A stretch of DNA of 64,000 nucleotides from an uncultured delta proteobacterium. Its GTDB lineage: Bacteria; Desulfobacterota; BSN033; UBA1163. Made by a program: the position numbers and the translations under genes. The notes below the pieces were generated by a model that saw nothing but the letters and a program-made list of their open reading frames with translations, did no database searches and was not told the DNA's origin. Positions within the stretch are counted from its first letter, which is position 1, and every line of letters begins with the position of its first letter. Shown here in pieces: positions 48,505 to 59,062 of this stretch. Location of the stretch: positions 544,001-608,000 of the forward strand of contig CAVPSJ010000004.1 of NCBI GenBank assembly GCA_963708295.1. The letters are read 5' to 3'.

Positions 48505-50400
48505 ATGAATGAGTGGTTACTGACCGATCTCCACATCCATACCACACTGAGCGATGGAACCGTGCCTTTAGAAGAGGTTGTAAAGATTTACGGGGAAGCA
48601 CGCTTTGATGCCATCGCTATCACAGACCATCTATTCGATACTCAGTCTCCGAGAGGCCTCGAACTTTACGATGAAGGGAAGTCGATCAAGGATCTGACGG
48701 ACTATTTCCAGAAGATTGAAGAGGTTTCTCGCTGGGCCAAAGACACCTATAACCTCTTGGTTATCCCGGGCTTGGAGATCTGTAATCTGCTCGAGGATTA
48801 CCATATCCTTGGCATCGATTTGAAGGAGGCGGTCAATCCAAATCAGAACGCAGAGGGCGTGATCAAAGAGATCCATCGCCAAGGTGGACTTGCCATTGCC
48901 TCTCATCCTCATTTGAAACTCTCGTACTTCATGCAGGGGGATAATACTTCAATTCAGAGGCACCCTCTTCACTTGTGGAAGCATAGGGAGAGGTATGCAG
49001 ATAAACTCGATGCATGGGAGATCGCCAATCGTGAAGACCTCTTTACGGCCGTAAGCTTGGAGCACCTTCCATTTGTGGCTAATTCCGATTTTCACGAGCG
49101 CCATCACCTCACTTCATGGAAGTCGCTCATCCATGCCGAAAAGGAGAAGGAAGCCTTGAAGCAGTCGATTCTTCAAAGGAAGCTATCTCTCTTCTTTTTT
49201 AATGAGAACGGTTCCAAGGGAAAGCAAGAACAGGCGAAAGTATTTCATGAAGAGACAAAGCAGGCTGAACAGACAGGAGGGGGAGAGAAAGGAAAAGTAT
49301 TAATTGCGGATGACGAGAGAGACCTCGTCACGATGCTTGCTTACAACATTGGAAAGAAGGGATATCAGATTTCAACTGCCTATAATGGCTTTGAAGCTTG
49401 GGAGAAAATCGAATCAGAAAAACCGGACCTTTTGATCCTCGATCTGATGATGCCGGATCTCGATGGTTGGGAACTCTGCCGTCTAGTCCGCCGGAGTCAA
49501 ACAAAAGAGATCAACGATATGGGAATATTAATGCTTACCGCCAGGGCCATGCCGGAAGACAGAGTTTACGGTCTTGAAATCGGAGCGGATGATTACCTTA
49601 CCAAGCCGTTTTCTCTCAACGAATTGGTTCTACGGGTAGAAAAGCTGGCCGTGAAGAGAAAGTCCGCATATCAACTAGAAGAAGAAATGGAGTCCCTCCG
49701 TTCTTCAATGCACAGGAAAGAAACGGACCTCAAGAGAGTCGTCCATGACCTGAGAAACCCTCTCCTCTCCATTGGAGCCTCTGCCAAGAGAATGCTTCGT
49801 AGGAGTCAGAACGAGGAAGAGCTAAAGATGCTTGGGATGATTTATGACAGTAGCGTCCGGTTGACCGGATGGGTTGACGACACCCTTTCTTCCAGTAAAC
49901 TGGAGGCTGAAATAAAGGAGGTTGATATCCAGCAACTGATTCAGCAAGTGGTCCATTTGCTGAGGGAGACAAGCGAGGAGAAGAATATCGAAATTTGCTT
50001 TGATTCTTCGGTTTCCATTCCACATCTATTCTGCCACGAACAAATGATTTTCCGGACAATCGAGAACCTCTTGAGCAATGCTCTTAAGTATAACCCGCAC
50101 GGAGGAAAAGTAGATGTCACCATCACGCCGTATCTTCAATGGAAAGAAGGAGGTTTTGTTGAGATATCTATTAGAGATACAGGGATAGGAATTTTGGAAG
50201 ATGAAATCGACAGAATTTTCGAACCTTTCTACCGGGGGAGGAATAGCTCCACACAAGCGGGAGTTGGGTTAGGTCTTTCTTTTGCCAAGCAAGCAGTGGA
50301 TTTCCATGAGGGTAAAATATTAGTTCAAAGCGAACCTCTCAAAGGCAGCATTTTTTCCATCCTGTTGCCCATTAAGTCAAGAATTAAATTGCCAAAGTAA
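48505..50400 (+). CDS. PHP phosphoesterase-receiver-histidine kinase fusion
   Basis: DLHIHT..SDG, ITDH, HPH, NSDFH; IADDE, LDLMMP, LTKPFS; HDLRNPL, NLLSNALKY, DTGIG, GVGLGL in one uninterrupted ORF. Confidence 0.88.
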   Translation: MNEWLLTDLHIHTTLSDGTVPLEEVVKIYGEARFDAIAITDHLFDTQSPRGLELYDEGKSIKDLTDYFQKIEEVSRWAKDTYNLLVIPGLEICNLLEDYHILGIDLKEAVNPNQNAEGVIKEIHRQGGLAIASHPHLKLSYFMQGDNTSIQRHPLHLWKHRERYADKLDAWEIANREDLFTAVSLEHLPFVANSDFHERHHLTSWKSLIHAEKEKEALKQSILQRKLSLFFFNENGSKGKQEQAKVFHEETKQAEQTGGGEKGKVLIADDERDLVTMLAYNIGKKGYQISTAYNGFEAWEKIESEKPDLLILDLMMPDLDGWELCRLVRRSQTKEINDMGILMLTARAMPEDRVYGLEIGADDYLTKPFSLNELVLRVEKLAVKRKSAYQLEEEMESLRSSMHRKETDLKRVVHDLRNPLLSIGASAKRMLRRSQNEEELKMLGMIYDSSVRLTGWVDDTLSSSKLEAEIKEVDIQQLIQQVVHLLRETSEEKNIEICFDSSVSIPHLFCHEQMIFRTIENLLSNALKYNPHGGKVDVTITPYLQWKEGGFVEISIRDTGIGILEDEIDRIFEPFYRGRNSSTQAGVGLGLSFAKQAVDFHEGKILVQSEPLKGSIFSILLPIKSRIKLPK

Positions 50401-50448
50401 CGGATAATTAACACTCTTAAGAAGGCCCTGGATTGGCCATCGCTCCCC

Positions 50449-50487
50449 TTCATAGAAATTTAACATCCCTGTCATAAAATCGTGACA
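50449..50487 (+). promoter_or_regulatory. Pho box-like array upstream of small ORF/STAS/MBL cluster
   Basis: TTCATA (50449), TTAACA (50460), GTCATA (50471), GTGACA (50482); includes CTGTCATA. Confidence 0.65.
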
Positions 50488-50532
50488 TCGATTTGTTTGA
50501 ATGAGGTCAATCGATTAAATAAGGAGGTTCAT

Positions 50533-50781
50533 ATGAATTGTCAACGCTCCATGAATTGTCCTCGGTGTGGCAATACGATGACCTTTAGAAAGTTCTTTGA
50601 CTATGGCGGGCATTCTTGGGGATGGGAATGTATTTTTTGTAAAGAGATTATTGACCAGATCCCCAACAATCGGCAATGGCCCAAAGAGGGCAGGAATGAA
50701 AAAAAAGAAAGTGACGTAGCAGTCTGTGATGACATCCAAGGGAAAGGCAAAGTCGGTCTCCATATAAAGGAGGGTTTGTGA
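50533..50781 (+). CDS. Small zinc-finger protein
   Basis: AAGGAGG RBS; CPRC..WGWECIFC.EIID. Confidence 0.65.
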   Translation: MNCQRSMNCPRCGNTMTFRKFFDYGGHSWGWECIFCKEIIDQIPNNRQWPKEGRNEKKESDVAVCDDIQGKGKVGLHIKEGL

Positions 50782-50890
50782 GCGGGAGGAATAGGGGAGG
50801 TCTTCACATCAAAGGGCAAACTGATTCGGCTATCGGAAAAGAAAATGCGTCCCAAGCCTTATTTTTGAAGATCAAGGAGGGAGGATTGAG

Positions 50891-51082
50891 ATGGATAAAA
50901 ACTTTGCTCCGAGAAAATACGGGATGGTGATCTGTCCACTCTGCGATGGAAAAGGGGTTCTGATCAAAGACTCTGAGGGGACGGGGGTTTCTGTTAGAAA
51001 GGTTTGCATCAAATGTGGCGGATTTGGTGCGATCAAGGGGGAAGAAAAAGTTTTTAGAAGTCTGGGAATTAAATCCAATTGA
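50891..51082 (+). CDS. Small zinc-finger protein (CxxCxGxG pair)
   Basis: GGAGG RBS; CPLCDGKG..CIKCGGFG. Confidence 0.7.
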   Translation: MDKNFAPRKYGMVICPLCDGKGVLIKDSEGTGVSVRKVCIKCGGFGAIKGEEKVFRSLGIKSN

Positions 51083-51379
51083 GTGAAGGAGATTGGCTTG
51101 AGCTGTCAGAAACGGTTTGCGAAAGGAGGTCATCAGGCGATGATGCGGAGGAGAGTAAATTCCCTTTTATTGAGATTGCGATATTTAAAACTGCTGGCGG
51201 AAATAAAGGTCTTGATTGGTCTTAGCGGAATCGGAGGAAATCCGGGTTTCAGAAGGGCAAAACCTTAATACCCATTAAAGACATCACATTTTCCTTCCTG
51301 TCATCTGCGAGGGGAAACCTCGAAGCAATGGAGATCGGAAGAGGCTATGGAATTATCTGAATCAAGAGGAAGATCCATC

Positions 51380-51736
51380 ATGAATTATGAATTTGTACAT
51401 GAAGACGATTTCTTGGTTATCAAACTATCAGGTTCCACGGAGGTGAACGAGCGTTTATCGGTAAAGCGACATCTTGTCCCTTATCTTCAAGGATCAAGCC
51501 AAAAGGTCATTCTAGACCTGGAGGACCTGGATGAACCCGAAGGGGTGTATATCCTAGGCGTCTTGAATACAATAAAGAAAGAATTCCAGCTCCTGGATGG
51601 TGAAGTGAAGCTCTGCTCACTGAAGCCTGAGCTTCATCGTTATTTTGAGGAGAATCGTTTAGACCAAATCTTTGATATTGGCCTATCGGTAAAATCAACC
51701 AAGCAAAGTTTTAAGGAGAGAAACAATGATGGGTAA
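51380..51736 (+). CDS. STAS domain (anti-sigma antagonist-like) protein
   Basis: VIKLSG, KVILDLEDL, GEVKLCSL, LDQIFDI; usual DSS phosphosite absent. Confidence 0.75.
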   Translation: MNYEFVHEDDFLVIKLSGSTEVNERLSVKRHLVPYLQGSSQKVILDLEDLDEPEGVYILGVLNTIKKEFQLLDGEVKLCSLKPELHRYFEENRLDQIFDIGLSVKSTKQSFKERNNDG

Positions 51737-52457
51737 AATAGAAGAGATTCAGCAATGCATCTATCTTTTAGAAGGGAAAGGGAAGGGAAGTCATCATTAT
51801 TTAATTCGTGCTGCCTATCGGAATGTTCTGATCGATTCAGGTCTGGACCAGGATTTTCTCTGTCTTGAGGAACAGCTCCTCCGTTTGGGACTGAAAGTGA
51901 GGGACGTCGACTTAGTAATCAATACTCACGAGCATTTGGACCACATCGGCGCCAATCGATATTTCCAGGAAACTTCCTTTATCGCTGCCCATCGTTTTGC
52001 GGCAACCAAAATCACTTTGGAAGACCACTACGTCACCCTCTACCGTTCGGGAGACAGGAATGAGGTGCCGCTCCGCGTCCACCTCTGGCTGGAAAACAGA
52101 TCTCTTTTCGACCTTGGGAGCCATACGCTTGAAGTCATCCACACGCCGGGCCACACATCAGGCTCCATATGCATCTATGAGTTTAAGACAAAAGCCCTTT
52201 TTTCAGGAGACACCGTATTTGCCGGAGGCACGCTCTCTTACATCGCGGAGTCCGGGAGCGTTGGGGATTACATTAATTCCATCACACGTCTAGAAGGCCG
52301 GAAGATATTGAAGATCTTTCCCGGTCATGGGGATGTTTCTCAGGATCCTGAACAAGATTTATCTGAGGCAATTATCAATGCCAAGAAACTATTGCGGAGA
52401 GAGGGAAGTATTTCAAACAGCCCTTATCGACCCCCGATACCTCTGACCGTGTCATAA
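51726..52457 (+). CDS. MBL-fold metallo-hydrolase
   Basis: THEHLDHIG, HTPGHT, FSGD, PGHG. Confidence 0.92.
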   Translation: MMGKIEEIQQCIYLLEGKGKGSHHYLIRAAYRNVLIDSGLDQDFLCLEEQLLRLGLKVRDVDLVINTHEHLDHIGANRYFQETSFIAAHRFAATKITLEDHYVTLYRSGDRNEVPLRVHLWLENRSLFDLGSHTLEVIHTPGHTSGSICIYEFKTKALFSGDTVFAGGTLSYIAESGSVGDYINSITRLEGRKILKIFPGHGDVSQDPEQDLSEAIINAKKLLRREGSISNSPYRPPIPLTVS

Positions 52458-52588
52458 AGCTGGAAATTCTTGGAGTTGAGTATCACTTGATCAATCTACT
52501 TTTTCGATGAAATTACACTCCAAAGGGTTATTTAAGCTCCCCGATCAAGGCGGCGCAAAGGAGGTGACAAAAGTGGTTGTATGAAAAT

Positions 52589-52627
52589 GTAAGAAAAGCT
52601 TAACACGTTTGTAACATAACTGTAACA
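52589..52627 (+). promoter_or_regulatory. Pho box array upstream of pstS
   Basis: GTAAGA (52589), TTAACA (52600), GTAACA (52611), GTAACA (52622) at 11-bp period. Confidence 0.75.
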
Positions 52628-52676
52628 AAAAACAATTAACATGGAAAAGATAAGAGGACAAAAGGAGGTAGTAAAA

Positions 52677-53756
52677 ATGGATAGTTTTAGAAAAAGCTTG
52701 TTGGGATTAGGAAGGAAGAAGATTTTGGGTTTGATTACAATCCTCGTAGTTTCAGCAATTATCGGCGGGACCGGCTATGCAAAAGACGTCGAACTCATAG
52801 GAGCGGGTGCTACGTTTCCTTATCCGCTTTATTCCAAAATGTTTGACGTGTACAGCAAGGAGTATGGTGTAAAGGTGAACTACCAGGCGATCGGTTCCGG
52901 GGGAGGGATACGGCAGCTGATCAGCAAAACGGTGGACTTCGGAGGATCGGATGCGATTATGAGCGACAAAGACTTGACGGAAGCATCAGCGCCGGTCCTT
53001 CACATCCCGACCTGCGCGGGGGCCGTCGTTATAACTTATAATCTCCCAGGGAATCCCCAATTGAAATTCACACCGGATATCATCGCTGACATCTTCCTCG
53101 GAAAGATAAGCAAATGGAACGATGGTCGCATCTCCGAAATCAATCCTGGAGTGAAGCTTCCTGATACGAACATTACGGTGGTGCATCGATCGGACGGGAG
53201 CGGCACAACCTTTATCTTCAGCGACTACCTGAGCAAGGTAAGCAAGGAGTGGAAGGAGAAGGTCGGGACAGGTCCTTCTTTAAACTGGCCAGCGGGGTTG
53301 GGTGGAAAAGGCAATCCCGGCGTTGCAGGTCTGGTCCAACAAACACCCGGAAGCATCGGCTATGTTGAGCTTATCTACGCCTTTCAAAACAAGATGCCCT
53401 TTGGTATGGTGAAAAACAAAAAGGGTAATTTTGTCACGGCCACCCTCGCCGCTACAAGTAAGGCTGCGGATATCAATTTGCCTGATGATATGAAAGTAAG
53501 CCTCACAGATACGGACGCTCCGGAGGGTTACCCAATCAGCGGCTTCACCTGGGTCCTCGTTTACAAAGACCAAAGTTACGGAGACAAGACCGAAGAAAAA
53601 GCAAAGGGACTGGTTAAGCTGCTCTGGTGGATGACCCATCAAGGGCAGAAATATGCGGAGCCCCTGGAATATGCTCCTCTTTCAAAAAAGGCCGTGGAAA
53701 AGGCTGAAAAACTTATAAAATCAATCTCCTACAAGTCGAGCATCGTCATGAAATGA
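52677..53756 (+). CDS. pstS: Phosphate ABC transporter substrate-binding protein
   Basis: GAGATFPYPLY, IGSGGG, RSDGSGTT, YPISGFT. Confidence 0.96.
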   Translation: MDSFRKSLLGLGRKKILGLITILVVSAIIGGTGYAKDVELIGAGATFPYPLYSKMFDVYSKEYGVKVNYQAIGSGGGIRQLISKTVDFGGSDAIMSDKDLTEASAPVLHIPTCAGAVVITYNLPGNPQLKFTPDIIADIFLGKISKWNDGRISEINPGVKLPDTNITVVHRSDGSGTTFIFSDYLSKVSKEWKEKVGTGPSLNWPAGLGGKGNPGVAGLVQQTPGSIGYVELIYAFQNKMPFGMVKNKKGNFVTATLAATSKAADINLPDDMKVSLTDTDAPEGYPISGFTWVLVYKDQSYGDKTEEKAKGLVKLLWWMTHQGQKYAEPLEYAPLSKKAVEKAEKLIKSISYKSSIVMK

Positions 53757-53772
53757 TGTGAAGAGATGTGAA

Positions 53773-53803
53773 GAGTGGGGCGGAATTCATTCCACCCCAC
53801 TCA
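53773..53803 (+). terminator. Stem-loop between pstS and pstC
   Basis: gagtggggcggaat-tc-attccaccccactc. Confidence 0.55.
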
Positions 53804-53899
53804 GGGTTTTTCCAGAAGGCCTTTTAGTTGTTATCTCATGTGGTTTGGTTTTCCACCCGAGGTCATGCGCTTTATGATAAAATAGATGGGACATGAAAA

Positions 53900-54838
53900 A
53901 TGAACCAAAGCAGAGCCGAAGCTCTGGTGCTTGAGGCTAAAACAGAGACGATGCGCTGGCGAAAACCCGCACTCTCGGAATCTTCCTTTCGCAAAATACT
54001 GTCCGCTGCGGGAGTTTTTGTCCTGCTCCTCCTGCTGGCCATCTTCCTTTCTCTGATTATTGCCTCGTTGCCTGCCATTCGGAGTTTTGGAATCGGGTTT
54101 CTCTCCAGTGCCACATGGGATCCGGTCAGGAGTGAATTTGGGGCATTTCCCTTTATTGTGGGAACTCTTGCCACTTCCGTTGTCGCCCTCGTCATCTCAA
54201 TTATCTTCTCCATACCCATCTCCATCTTTCTAGGGGAATATTCTGCCCAAGGATCAACGGCTGCCTTCGTCAAGAGCATGATCGAACTGCTGGCGGGGGT
54301 CCCTTCGGTGATTTATGGATTCTGCGGACTATTCCTCCTTGCCCCGTTGGTAAGAACGTTGGAGACGAAGATGGGTGTGGCCCCCTATGGAGTAGGAATA
54401 TTCACGGCTTCGCTCGTTCTTTCGATCATGATCATACCCTATTCAGCCTCCATCGGACGAGAAGTGATCAGCCTCGTTCCTTCCGATCTCAAAGAGGCGG
54501 CCCTCTCGCTCGGGGCAACGCGCTTCGAGGTGATACGAAAGATCATTCTTCCCTATGCGGGGTCGGGAATCGTTGCAGGAATTCTTCTCTCACTCGGAAG
54601 GGCCCTCGGAGAGACCATGGCTGTAACCATGGTCATCGGAAACTCAAATTTCATTCCGAAGAGTATTTTTAGCCCTGGCAACACCCTGGCCAGTGTCATT
54701 GCTAACGAATTCACGGAAGCGACAGGGAGTCTCTATCTGGCAAGTCTGATTAAACTGGGGCTTGTGCTCTTCATCGTCACGACCCTCATTAACCTCGTAG
54801 GTAAGTTGATCATCCGCCGGATGGGTGTGGGAGAATGA
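53900..54838 (+). CDS. pstC: Phosphate ABC transporter permease
   Basis: ELLAGVPSVIYG, EAALSLGAT, GRALGETMAV. Confidence 0.96.
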   Translation: MNQSRAEALVLEAKTETMRWRKPALSESSFRKILSAAGVFVLLLLLAIFLSLIIASLPAIRSFGIGFLSSATWDPVRSEFGAFPFIVGTLATSVVALVISIIFSIPISIFLGEYSAQGSTAAFVKSMIELLAGVPSVIYGFCGLFLLAPLVRTLETKMGVAPYGVGIFTASLVLSIMIIPYSASIGREVISLVPSDLKEAALSLGATRFEVIRKIILPYAGSGIVAGILLSLGRALGETMAVTMVIGNSNFIPKSIFSPGNTLASVIANEFTEATGSLYLASLIKLGLVLFIVTTLINLVGKLIIRRMGVGE

Positions 54839-54839
54839 C

Positions 54840-55688
54840 ATGAAAGCACCCTCGATCAGAAGAAGAATTTTGTATGACCGGTTATTCAAGATGATCATTT
54901 TTGTTCTGGCCTTTTGTTCCATCCTTCCGATGCTTTTCATCCTCTTTTTCATCACCAGCAAGGGAATTTCTGCTATCAACTGGAGATTTCTGACTCAGCT
55001 TCCCAAGCCTGTAGGTGAGATAGGCGGTGGAATTTCAAACGCCATCATCGGAACCCTTATGTTGATCGGCATCGCGACGGTCTTTTCCGTGCCCGTTGGC
55101 ATCCTTGCCGGGATTTTCCTTTCGGAAAATAGGAAGAGAAGCCTCGCATCCCTTATAAGATTGTCTGTCGAGACACTTCAAGGGGTTCCTTCCATTGTGA
55201 TAGGAATCGTTGCCTATCTCTGGCTGGTTGTTTCTATGGGATCGTTCTCAGCCCTCTCAGGAGGAGTGGCTCTCGGTCTGATGATGCTGCCGGTCATCAT
55301 TACCGCGACAGAAGAGACTTTGAAACTCATTCCGGAGAACTTAAGAGAAGCATCCCTGGCATTGGGAGTCTCCTACCCCAGGACGATTCTGAAAGTGATC
55401 GTCCCGGCAGGTGTGAGCGGTATCGTGACTGGAATCCTCCTGAGCATAGCAAGGGTCGCCGGCGAGACAGCGCCCCTGCTCTTTACGGCGTTCGGGAGTC
55501 CTTTTATGAACCTCAATATTCTGAAGCCCATGAATAATCTCCCTCTGATGATTTTTAACTATGCCACGAGTCCTTATCCCGAATGGCATACGCTCGCCTG
55601 GGGAGCCTCTTTTATACTGATCGTGTTTGTCCTGGGTTTAAATATTTTCACCAAGGTTGTGACAAGAAGATGGAAAGTACAATTCTAA
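54840..55688 (+). CDS. pstA: Phosphate ABC transporter permease
   Basis: [29 protein letters not shown]. Confidence 0.96.
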   Translation: MKAPSIRRRILYDRLFKMIIFVLAFCSILPMLFILFFITSKGISAINWRFLTQLPKPVGEIGGGISNAIIGTLMLIGIATVFSVPVGILAGIFLSENRKRSLASLIRLSVETLQGVPSIVIGIVAYLWLVVSMGSFSALSGGVALGLMMLPVIITATEETLKLIPENLREASLALGVSYPRTILKVIVPAGVSGIVTGILLSIARVAGETAPLLFTAFGSPFMNLNILKPMNNLPLMIFNYATSPYPEWHTLAWGASFILIVFVLGLNIFTKVVTRRWKVQF

Positions 55689-56428
55689 GAATAGAGCAGT
55701 TTAGCGCTTTTTTCGGCGCAACGGGGGTTCTGAAGGATATCAAACTTTCAATCCCTGATAAGAGAATAACAGCTATTATGGGCCCTTCAGGATGCGGTAA
55801 AACAACGCTCATTCGCTGTATCAATCGGATGCATGAGTTGAACCCGGGCGCCACAGTCTCTGGAAGGATTCTTTTGGACGGTGAAGACATCTATGCGACG
55901 GATCCCATTATCGTACGGAGGCAAGTTGGGATGGTTTTCCAGAAGCCCAATCCATTTCCCATGATGAGCATCTATAATAATGTGATTGCTGGGTATAACC
56001 TGAACGGAATCCGCCTGCCTAACAATGAGAAGGACAGAGTTGTCGAAGAGTCGCTGCGGAAGGCGGGCCTTTGGGATGAGGTCAAGGGAGCTCTCCATAG
56101 GAGGGGAACTTTTCTTTCCGGAGGGCAGCAACAGCGGCTCTGCATCGCTCGTGCCCTTGCCATGCAGCCTGAGGTTCTTCTCCTTGACGAGCCGACCTCC
56201 GCGTTGGATCCAAAGGCAACTTCACATATTGAAGAGTTGCTTGTCCAACTCAAGGATACCGTGACAATCATCCTCGTTACCCACAACATGGCTCAGGCTG
56301 CTCGCGTCTCCGATTACACAGCCTTTCTGTACCTGGGTGAGCTCATCGAGTTTGGACCCAGTGGAAGAATGTTTACCGCTCCGAAGGAGAAAATGACGGA
56401 AGAATATTTGACCGGAAAATTTGGATAA
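55670..56428 (+). CDS. pstB: Phosphate ABC transporter ATPase
   Basis: [47 protein letters not shown]. Confidence 0.96.
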   Translation: MESTILRIEQFSAFFGATGVLKDIKLSIPDKRITAIMGPSGCGKTTLIRCINRMHELNPGATVSGRILLDGEDIYATDPIIVRRQVGMVFQKPNPFPMMSIYNNVIAGYNLNGIRLPNNEKDRVVEESLRKAGLWDEVKGALHRRGTFLSGGQQQRLCIARALAMQPEVLLLDEPTSALDPKATSHIEELLVQLKDTVTIILVTHNMAQAARVSDYTAFLYLGELIEFGPSGRMFTAPKEKMTEEYLTGKFG

Positions 56429-56460
56429 AGATCTGGCAAATCATTGGACAGGGAGAAGCC

Positions 56461-57147
56461 ATGATAGAAACCCATTTACAAAAGGAGTTGCAGGAGCTGA
56501 AGGAAAACCTTTTAAAGATGGCGGCTCTTGTGGAAGAAGCGATCCGTGATGCCGTGCAATCTTTAGTTAAAAGAGATTCTGATCTTGCCGAGAAGACGTT
56601 TGGGTTTGAAGATCGAATTAACAAATTGGAAATCGCCATCGATGAAATGTGTCTGAAGTTTTTGGCTTTAAGACAACCAATGGCCGCCGACCTCCGATTC
56701 ATTACGTCTGCTATGAAGATCGTTACGGATCTTGAGCGAATGGGTGACCAGGCGGTAAATATCGCCGAACGGGCGATCTCCTTGAACCAGGAACCTCAGC
56801 TCAAGCGCTACATCGATATTCCTAAGATGGCTGAGATCGCTCAATCGATGGTCAAAGACGTCCTCGACGCCTTTGTGAACCACGACTCCAAACTGGCCCG
56901 TTCTGTATGCCAGAGAGATGATGTGGTCGACGGGTTAAACGATCAGGTGGTGAGGGAACTCCTCACCTACATGATGTCCGATCCGAAGACCATTACCCGA
57001 GCGGTCCATCTCATGATTGTGTGCCGATGTCTGGAACGAATCGCTGACCACGCCACTAATATTGCGGAGGATGTGATCTTTATGCTGGACGCCCTTGTGA
57101 TCAAGCATCACGCGGATGCTACAGAAGAGGAAAGAAATATTTCATGA
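56461..57147 (+). CDS. phoU: Phosphate signalling protein PhoU
   Basis: [34 protein letters not shown]. Confidence 0.96.
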   Translation: MIETHLQKELQELKENLLKMAALVEEAIRDAVQSLVKRDSDLAEKTFGFEDRINKLEIAIDEMCLKFLALRQPMAADLRFITSAMKIVTDLERMGDQAVNIAERAISLNQEPQLKRYIDIPKMAEIAQSMVKDVLDAFVNHDSKLARSVCQRDDVVDGLNDQVVRELLTYMMSDPKTITRAVHLMIVCRCLERIADHATNIAEDVIFMLDALVIKHHADATEEERNIS

Positions 57148-57575
57148 GCAAAGCAAGGGTTCTATTTCTTTGCACAGGCAATTCCGCTCGCAGCCAGATG
57201 GCCGAAGCATTCCTGAGAAAATACGGCGGAGATGAATTTGAAGCATATAGTGCTGGACTTGAGCCGAAAGGCATCGCTCCATACGCTGAACGTGTCATGA
57301 AAGAGATAGGAATAAGCCTCGGCGGTCAGCGCTCCAAACACATCAAGGAATATATGGGTAAGGCACACTTCGGATACTTGATTACCATGTGCGACGAAGC
57401 TGAAGCAAGCTGTCCCACTACATTTCCTGGAATTGGACAAAGACTACGCTGGGTGTTTGAAGATCCTTCAGCCTTTAGGGGGTCGGAGGATGAAAAATTG
57501 GCAAAGTTTCGGGAAGTGAGGGATCGAATAGAACGACGAATCAAAGAATGGTTGATAGGACAGCAAGGGAAATAA
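57144..57575 (+). CDS. arsC: Arsenate reductase, thioredoxin-type (LMW-PTP fold)
   Basis: [16 protein letters not shown]......CP, EDP, FREVRD. Confidence 0.85.
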   Translation: MSKARVLFLCTGNSARSQMAEAFLRKYGGDEFEAYSAGLEPKGIAPYAERVMKEIGISLGGQRSKHIKEYMGKAHFGYLITMCDEAEASCPTTFPGIGQRLRWVFEDPSAFRGSEDEKLAKFREVRDRIERRIKEWLIGQQGK

Positions 57576-57623
57576 TAAATTACCTATTCTACCCATATGA
57601 TTCCTATATAAGATAGACCGACA

Positions 57624-57735
57624 GTGAAGGAAGCTTTCAGCGAGATTGAAATCCAGGCACCAGCCGAGCGTGTATGGCAAATGTTAACCGATGTTGCCAG
57701 CTATCCGGAGTGGAATCCTTTCATCTGCAGAATAT
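57624..57735 (+). pseudogene. SRPBCC domain N-terminal remnant
   Basis: EIEIQAPAERVWQMLTD..SYPEWNPFI. Confidence 0.6.
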
Positions 57736-57738
57736 ACT

Positions 57739-57908
57739 GCACTGGCAATTGCAGAAACTAAGAAAAGCGGAGCCTTTGTACTCCCCGGCATCGGCAAATC
57801 CGTCCTCGTCAAAAGAAAGGCTCGGATAGCCGGAACCCGGCTAAAGGTGAAACGCTTAAGGTTCCCGCTAAGACTATTGTGAAAATCAGACCTGCCAAAG
57901 CAAGAAGT
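57739..57908 (+). pseudogene. HU-family DNA-binding protein remnant (frameshifted)
   Basis: ETKKSGAFVLPGIGK.VLVKRKAR then GETLKVPAKTIVK.RPAKA in another frame. Confidence 0.7.
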
Positions 57909-58029
57909 CATTGTCCCATAAAAAGCATGGCGGGGATCGATACAAGGTCCTAGAACACCAAGGGGATGCCGTTACTCCTCAAATTTTTATACAATTACAT
58001 CGTCCGTGATTACTCTATTTGAGGGTGAT

Positions 58030-59025
58030 ATGAGTTTATTGTTTATCATTCTTATCATATCCATAGCCTTGGTTTTTGATTTTACGAACGGGATGCATGA
58101 TGCCGCGAACTCAATTGCTACGATTGTCTCCACAAGGGTTTTATCTCCTATACAAGCGGTCATCTGGGCGGCTTTTTTTAATTTTGCCGCATTTTTCATA
58201 TTTAGTACAACGGTGGCCGAGACAATCGGCAAGGGAATGATTGATATTAAAACAGTGACTCCAACCGTAATTCTTGCAGGGCTTGGTGGCGCTATTTTAT
58301 GGAATATGACTACTTGGTATTTTGGGTTGCCAAGTAGTTCCTCCCATGCACTGATTGGCGGATATGCAGGAGCAGCCATCGTAAAAAACGGCTTGGGTGT
58401 GATTATCGTAAGTGGTTGGTACAAAACGTTGATTTTTATTGCCTTGGCGCCGGCGATTGGTTTATGTTTAGGTTTTATATTAAAGATCATAACGAATTGG
58501 ATCACCTATAAACAAAGGCCGGCTGTAGTGAATAAGTGGTCGCGGATTTTGCAACTGTTCTCTGCAGCCCTTTATAGTCTTGGCCACGGTGGCAATGACG
58601 CGCAAAAAACGATGGGGATCGTCGCCAGTCTTCTTTTTGCCGGGGGCTTGATCCAGGAATTTGAAGTGCCTCTCTGGGTTATTCTGAGCGCATACGCGGC
58701 TATGGGATTGGGCACCTTGAGTGGCGGTTGGCGAATTGTTAAAACGATAGGGCAGAAAATTACGAAATTAGAACCGATTGACGGTTTTTGTGCCGAGACA
58801 TCCGCTGCTTTTAGCATTCTTTTAGCCACCCATTTGGGGGCTCCAGTGAGCACAACCCATGTGATCACAGGCGCCATATCTGCCCTGGGTTCTGCGAAAC
58901 GGTCTACTGCTGTGCGCTGGAATGTGACTATTCGTATTGTCTGGGCCTGGATTTTTACAATTCCGGCAGCTGCTTCATTGGGTGGCCTCATTTATTTGTT
59001 ATGTGGAATAATCGGTTTGAACTGA
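58030..59025 (+). CDS. pit: PiT-family inorganic phosphate transporter
   Basis: NGMHDAANSIAT, PSSSSHALIGG, HGGNDAQK, PVSTTH. Confidence 0.93.
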   Translation: MSLLFIILIISIALVFDFTNGMHDAANSIATIVSTRVLSPIQAVIWAAFFNFAAFFIFSTTVAETIGKGMIDIKTVTPTVILAGLGGAILWNMTTWYFGLPSSSSHALIGGYAGAAIVKNGLGVIIVSGWYKTLIFIALAPAIGLCLGFILKIITNWITYKQRPAVVNKWSRILQLFSAALYSLGHGGNDAQKTMGIVASLLFAGGLIQEFEVPLWVILSAYAAMGLGTLSGGWRIVKTIGQKITKLEPIDGFCAETSAAFSILLATHLGAPVSTTHVITGAISALGSAKRSTAVRWNVTIRIVWAWIFTIPAAASLGGLIYLLCGIIGLN

Positions 59026-59062
59026 TTCGATGCTCAGAAATGGTTATTGCCTCCTTTTCTAA

